Origin: a plasmid
DNA length: 64,000 nucleotides
Sequence record: CP071152.1
Reading direction: 5' to 3' (one strand)
Made by a program: the position numbers and the translations under genes. Below the pieces are notes generated by a model. It saw only the letters and a list, made by a program, of their open reading frames with translations. It was not told the origin of the DNA and made no database searches. Below, piece after piece: positions 60,100 to 64,000 of this stretch (positions are counted from its first letter, which is position 1; each line of letters begins with the position of its first letter).

Positions 60100-60261
60100 T
60101 CAGAGCTGAATCATGGATGGAGTCGTATTCAGAATGCCGGGCATTGCTGGAACGACAGGAAGGTAGATATCCATCGCCAGGGAAGCGAGGATGTCAAAGG
60201 GTGCCATTAGCAGCAGAGCTGCCGGCAGGGTATAAGCCCACGCGGGGCGTGTGGTGGTCAT
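60100..60261 (-). pseudogene. 53-codon N-terminal fragment of a Bcr/CflA-type MFS efflux transporter ending 15 bp upstream of the MBL start
   Basis: 'MTTTRPAWAYTLPAALLLMAPFDILASLAMDIYLPVVPAMPGILNTTPSMIQL*' includes the MFS 'D(M/I)YLPxxP' signature. Confidence 0.5.
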
Positions 60262-60639
60262 GACGAATCAACCGCTCGATTAAGGAATCCGGGCGGCGTC
60301 TGCTCGTCAGCAATCAAAAAGGATTGGTCTTACAGAACGCCGCAACAACAATGTTTGTCGTTGCGGCTTACTTGTCTGCGGTAATACTGGCTCCCATGCC
60401 CTGACCTCATATTTGGAAATTTGTGATTATGATCTTATCCGATCATCCTTCGTATCGCAATGCGTAGGCCTGCCAACCGGGAGGTAGGAGACCTAGAGGC
60501 CTATTCCTCTCTGCCGCCCCAACCGCCACGACATCGATCCGCCCTGCACAACGCCCATGACCTCGCGGCCGAGATGGCGGTCGATGACCGGCCGCCACGG
60601 AACGAGGGTGAACTCATGGGATTTTTCGACCACGGCGAA

Positions 60640-60985
60640 CTTGCCGCTCGATAGCTGCACGGTGCCGGTGAACTTGCGCGCGATGGAGGCGCCGCTGCGC
60701 GAAATCGTGGCCAACGCCGGCGAGGAGCCGTCGGTGGTGCTGAACAAGGTGAAGGACGGCCAGGGCAACTACGGCTACAACGCGGCCACCGGCGAATACG
60801 TGGACATGGTGGACGCCGGCATCCTGGACCCGACCAAGGTCACCCGCACCGCGCTGCAGAACGCGGCGTCCATCGCCGGCCTCATGATCACCACCGAAGC
60901 GATGGTGGCCGAGGCTCCGAAGAAGGAAGAGCCGGCACCTGCGCACGGCGGCGGCATGGGCGGCATGGGCGGTATGGACTTCTAA
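60640..60985 (+). pseudogene. groEL: groEL 3' fragment (C-terminal ~115 aa ending [11 protein letters not shown]), 5'-truncated
   Basis: '[80 protein letters not shown]'. Confidence 0.85.
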
Positions 60986-63025
60986 GTCCGCCCATCGCGC
61001 CAGTGGTGGCGCGAAGGCGTCCGCGCAGCGGGCGAACCGCGCCCTCCAGCAAGCAAGCGTGACCACGAAGCCCGGCCTTTTGCCGGGCTTCGTGCTTTCT
61101 GGCGTCCGACGTGGGAAACGCCCTGTCTTAAGCGCGGCGATGTCCGATACGAAAACCGGAAAAGGCCGATATGAACCGGCCGGGGCGGGCGCAAGCCTGA
61201 GCAGCCATTCCCTGCACCGGAGTGTTTCGTGCCGCGCCTCGCCGCGACCGTGTCGCAGCTGCAGGATGCCGTGGCGCACGCAACGTCGCCGGCAGCGCAT
61301 CTGCCCACGGCTCGCTATGCGCCTCACCGTCCCGAGCGCACGCTGCTGTATTCGCTGGTGCAGGCGCATTGGCCGGACTTTCTCGCGCGCCGTGAGGTAG
61401 AAGACCGCCCGCTGCCCGAGTATGTGCGCGAGGAGTTCGAGACCTACCTGCGCTGCGGCGTGCTCGAGCACGGTTTCCTGCGCGTGGTGTGCGAGCACTG
61501 CCGTGCAGAGAGGCTGGTGGCGTATTCCTGCAAGAAGCGCGGGCTGTGCCCGAGCTGCGGCGCACGGCGCATGGCCGAGTCGGCGCGGCATCTGGTGGAG
61601 GAGGTGTTCGGCCCGCGGCCGGTGCGGCAATGGGTGCTGAGTTTCCCGTACCCGTTGCGCTTCCTGTTCGCCAGCAAGCCAGAAGCCATTGGCCCGGTGC
61701 TGGGCATCGTGCAGCGCGTGATCGCCGGCTGGTTGGCCGATCAAGTCGGCGTCGACCACGCCAGCGCGCAATGCGGCGTGGTGACCCTGATCCAGCGCTT
61801 CGGCAGCGCGCTGAATCTCAACATCCACTTCCACATGCTGTGGCTCGACGGCGTGTACGAGGACACCACCGAGCGTCCGCAGCGCAAGCCGCGCCTGCAC
61901 CGCACCCGTGCGCCCACATCGGCGCAACTGACGGAACTGGCCAACACCATCGCGCATCGCGTGTGCCGGCACCTGTCGCGCCGCGGCTGGCTCGAAGGCG
62001 AAGACGAATCCGTGTTCCTGTCCGACAGCGCGGGTAGCGACGACGGCATGGATGGGCTGCGGATGAGTTCGATGACCTACCGCATCGCCACCGGTCGCGA
62101 CGCTGGCCGCAAGGTCGTCACGCTGCAAACATTGCCCGGTGACGCAGGCTCGCTGGAGGGCGATGCCGGCAAGGTCGGCGGCTTCTCGCTGCATGCCGGC
62201 GTGGCCGCGGAAGCACACGAGAGCCACAAGCTCGAAAAGCTGTGCCGCTACATCACGCGCCCGGCGATCAGCGAGCAGCGGCTATCGATCTCACCGCAGG
62301 GAAGGGTGCGGTATCAGCTCAAGACGCCATGGCGCAATGGCACCACCCATGTCGAATGGGATGCGGTCGACTTCATCGCCAAGCTGGCGGCACTGGTCCC
62401 GCCACCTCGCGCGCATCTCACCCGCTTCCACGGCGTATTCGCCCCGAATGCAAACCTGCGCGCGCAGGTGACGCCATCGGGGCGCGGCAAGCGGCCTGCG
62501 GGCGATGCGGTGCCGGTGGACGTCAGCGCCCACGACGAGCCGCGCAGCCCCGAGCAGAAGCGCCGTGCGATGAGCTGGGCGCAACGGCTCAAGCGGGTCT
62601 TTTCCATCGACGTCACCACCTGCGCCCACTGCGGCGGCGCGGTACGGATCGTCGCCAGCATCGAGGAACCCAAAACCATCCGCGCCATCCTCGCCCACTT
62701 CGAGAAGCACGGCGCGCTGGAGCAAGCGCACTACCGGCCCGCAGCGCGCGCGCCGCCGCCGGCCGCGTGACGAGGTGCCGGCCACACAGCCGGCAGCCAA
62801 GCCAGAGTCCGATCCGATGCGGCCACGACCCCGCAGGGCTGCGCTCGGCCCTGTGCCGGGATTCGGTGAGAAATGGCTACGCACTGAGCCGTTGCGCGGC
62901 CCCGCGATGTCGAAAACCCACGCATGAACCCCCGATCTGTGCCCGATCTGTGCCCAAAGCGGCGCTTGCGCGGCCGCTTCCTACCCGCCAGACTCGCCAA
63001 AAAGGGCGGTTGAACTTCCTATACC
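60986..63025 (+). mobile_element. ISCR3/ISCR27-like rolling-circle element, full copy (terIS side, transposase, oriIS)
   Basis: A 513-aa transposase at 61229..62770. The oriIS-type end lies at 62771-63025. The groELΔ abuts the 5' (terIS) side. Confidence 0.85.
61229..62770 (+). CDS. ISCR (IS91-family HUH/Y2) transposase, 513 aa
   Basis: 'CEHCRAERLVAYSCKKRGLCPSCGARRM' is the zinc-binding N-terminus. 'NIHFHMLWLDGVY' is the HUH motif. Confidence 0.9.
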   Translation: MPRLAATVSQLQDAVAHATSPAAHLPTARYAPHRPERTLLYSLVQAHWPDFLARREVEDRPLPEYVREEFETYLRCGVLEHGFLRVVCEHCRAERLVAYSCKKRGLCPSCGARRMAESARHLVEEVFGPRPVRQWVLSFPYPLRFLFASKPEAIGPVLGIVQRVIAGWLADQVGVDHASAQCGVVTLIQRFGSALNLNIHFHMLWLDGVYEDTTERPQRKPRLHRTRAPTSAQLTELANTIAHRVCRHLSRRGWLEGEDESVFLSDSAGSDDGMDGLRMSSMTYRIATGRDAGRKVVTLQTLPGDAGSLEGDAGKVGGFSLHAGVAAEAHESHKLEKLCRYITRPAISEQRLSISPQGRVRYQLKTPWRNGTTHVEWDAVDFIAKLAALVPPPRAHLTRFHGVFAPNANLRAQVTPSGRGKRPAGDAVPVDVSAHDEPRSPEQKRRAMSWAQRLKRVFSIDVTTCAHCGGAVRIVASIEEPKTIRAILAHFEKHGALEQAHYRPAARAPPPAA

Positions 63026-63114
63026 CACGCCGCAGCGTCGTGCATCAGCCGCACAACCTCGTCGATATCACCCGAGCAGGCGACCCGAACGTTCGGAGGC
63101 TCCTCGCTGTCCAT
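63026..63114 (-). pseudogene. orf5: orf5Δ: first 29 codons of the 3'-CS orf5, truncated at the ISCR end
   Basis: Identical to 51089-51175. Confidence 0.8.
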
Positions 63115-63239
63115 TCGCTCCCCTGGCGCGGTATGAACCGCCGCCTCATAGTGCAGTTTGATCCTGACGAGCCCAGCATGTCTGCGCCCACCTTCGCGGA
63201 ACCTGACCAGGGTCGCTGCGGGCGGCCGGAAGGTGAATG

Positions 63240-64000
63240 CTAGGCATGATCTAACCCTCGGTCTCTGGCGTCGCGACTGCGAAATTTCGCGAGGGTTTCC
63301 GAGAAGGTGATTGCGCTTCGCAGATCTCCAGGCGCGTGGGTGCGGACGTAGTCAGCGCCATTGCCGATCGCGTGAAGTTCCGCCGCAAGGCTCGCTGGAC
63401 CCAGATCCTTTACAGGAAGGCCAACGGTGGCGCCCAAGAAGGATTTCCGCGACACCGAGACCAATAGCGGAAGCCCCAACGCCGACTTCAGCTTTTGAAG
63501 GTTCGACAGCACGTGCAGCGATGTTTCCGGTGCGGGGCTCAAGAAAATCCCATCCCGGATCGAGGATGAGCCGGTCGGCAGCGACCCGCTCCGTCGCAAG
63601 GCGGAAACCCGCGCCTCGAAGAACCGCACAATCTCGTCGAGCGCGTCTTCGGGTCGAAGGTGACCGGTGCGGGTGGCGATGCCATCCCGCTGCGCTGAGT
63701 GCATAACCACCAGCCTGCAGTCCGCCTCAGCAATATCGGGATAGAGCGCAGGGTCAGGAAATCCTTGGATATCGTTCAGGTAGCCCACGCCGCGCTTGAG
63801 CGCATAGCGCTGGGTTTCCGGTTGGAAGCTGTCGATTGAAACACGGTGCATCTGATCGGACAGGGCGTCTAAGAGCGGCGCAATACGTCTGATCTCATCG
63901 GCCGGCGATACAGGCCTCGCGTCCGGATGGCTGGCGGCCGGTCCGACATCCACGACGTCTGATCCGACTCGCAGCATTTCGATCGCCGCGGTGACAGCGC
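63240..64000 (-). CDS. sul1: sul1, second copy (continues beyond the window); it carries three compensating 1-bp homopolymer deletions
   Basis: It matches Sul1 except that 'GSLPTGSSSIRDGIF' replaces 'VAADRLILDPGMGFF'. One A and two C are missing at 63545-63600 relative to copy 1. Confidence 0.85.
   Translation of the reverse strand, partial: AVTAAIEMLRVGSDVVDVGPAASHPDARPVSPADEIRRIAPLLDALSDQMHRVSIDSFQPETQRYALKRGVGYLNDIQGFPDPALYPDIAEADCRLVVMHSAQRDGIATRTGHLRPEDALDEIVRFFEARVSALRRSGSLPTGSSSIRDGIFLSPAPETSLHVLSNLQKLKSALGLPLLVSVSRKSFLGATVGLPVKDLGPASLAAELHAIGNGADYVRTHAPGDLRSAITFSETLAKFRSRDARDRGLDHA

Noticed and set aside
60986-61228. Possible small RNA or tRNA near integrase-like or ISCR ends
   Set aside because: No cloverleaf-compatible segments or conserved T-loop (GTTCRANYC) motifs were found by eye. 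The region is treated as the terIS-side terminus of ISCR.

Overview
This 64-kb window is a mosaic with three parts. (1) Positions 1-7100 look chromosomal: two very large, GC-rich secreted Ig/PKD-like surface proteins, one 5'-partial (637 aa in window) and one of 1401 aa with a signal peptide. (2) Positions 7100-20400 form an integrase-bounded island. It starts with arm-type direct repeats and a frameshifted tyrosine integrase. Next is an eight-gene module of small genes that share an almost identical stop-RBS-start junction; it includes an XRE regulator, a DUF551 protein and a DEDDh exonuclease. The most interesting unexplained unit follows: a divergent pair encoding a DGQHR (DndB-like) protein and a PP-loop DndC/PAPS-reductase-like ATP pyrophosphatase with a C-terminal Cys cluster, plus a small overlapping ORF, with no dndA, dndD or dndE nearby. 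Next to it, two inverted IS200/IS605-family copies (one with a decayed tnpB, one tnpB-only) bracket a 499-aa protein of unknown function. (3) Positions 20400-64000 are a multidrug-resistance region. It contains a Tn501/Tn21-type mercury transposon (tnpA-tnpR-res-urf2-merEDAPT/merR), msr(E)-mph(E) preceded by a 7-codon leader ORF, and an IS3-family element carrying a nested copy of itself. An AT-rich block with a serine recombinase follows, then an HD-GYP protein with an in-frame 9-bp tandem repeat and a HigBA-like TA pair. Next come a 1-kb IRt-IRt bounded Tn402-like mini-element (RelE-like ORF plus serine recombinase) and a class 1 integron: IRi, intI1, PcW, aac(6')-Ib, blaOXA-1, frameshifted catB3 and a FosA-family cassette. 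After that are IS26-aph(3')-Ia-IS26 (Tn4352-like), the remnant tniAΔ-tniBΔ-orf5-sul1 with sul1 fused into attI1, an intI1Δ::ISCR fusion, and corA-gst-msrA-msrB. Finally, ISCR3/ISCR27-like rolling-circle elements bracket a divergent blaNDM-like (about 90% identical to NDM-1, with a non-chimeric N-terminus), a divergent ble, trpFΔ, a 53-codon MFS N-terminal fragment and a groELΔ remnant. Many broken ORFs sit at homopolymer runs, so the 1-bp indels may be sequencing artefacts. No rRNA, tRNA or CRISPR array was found.
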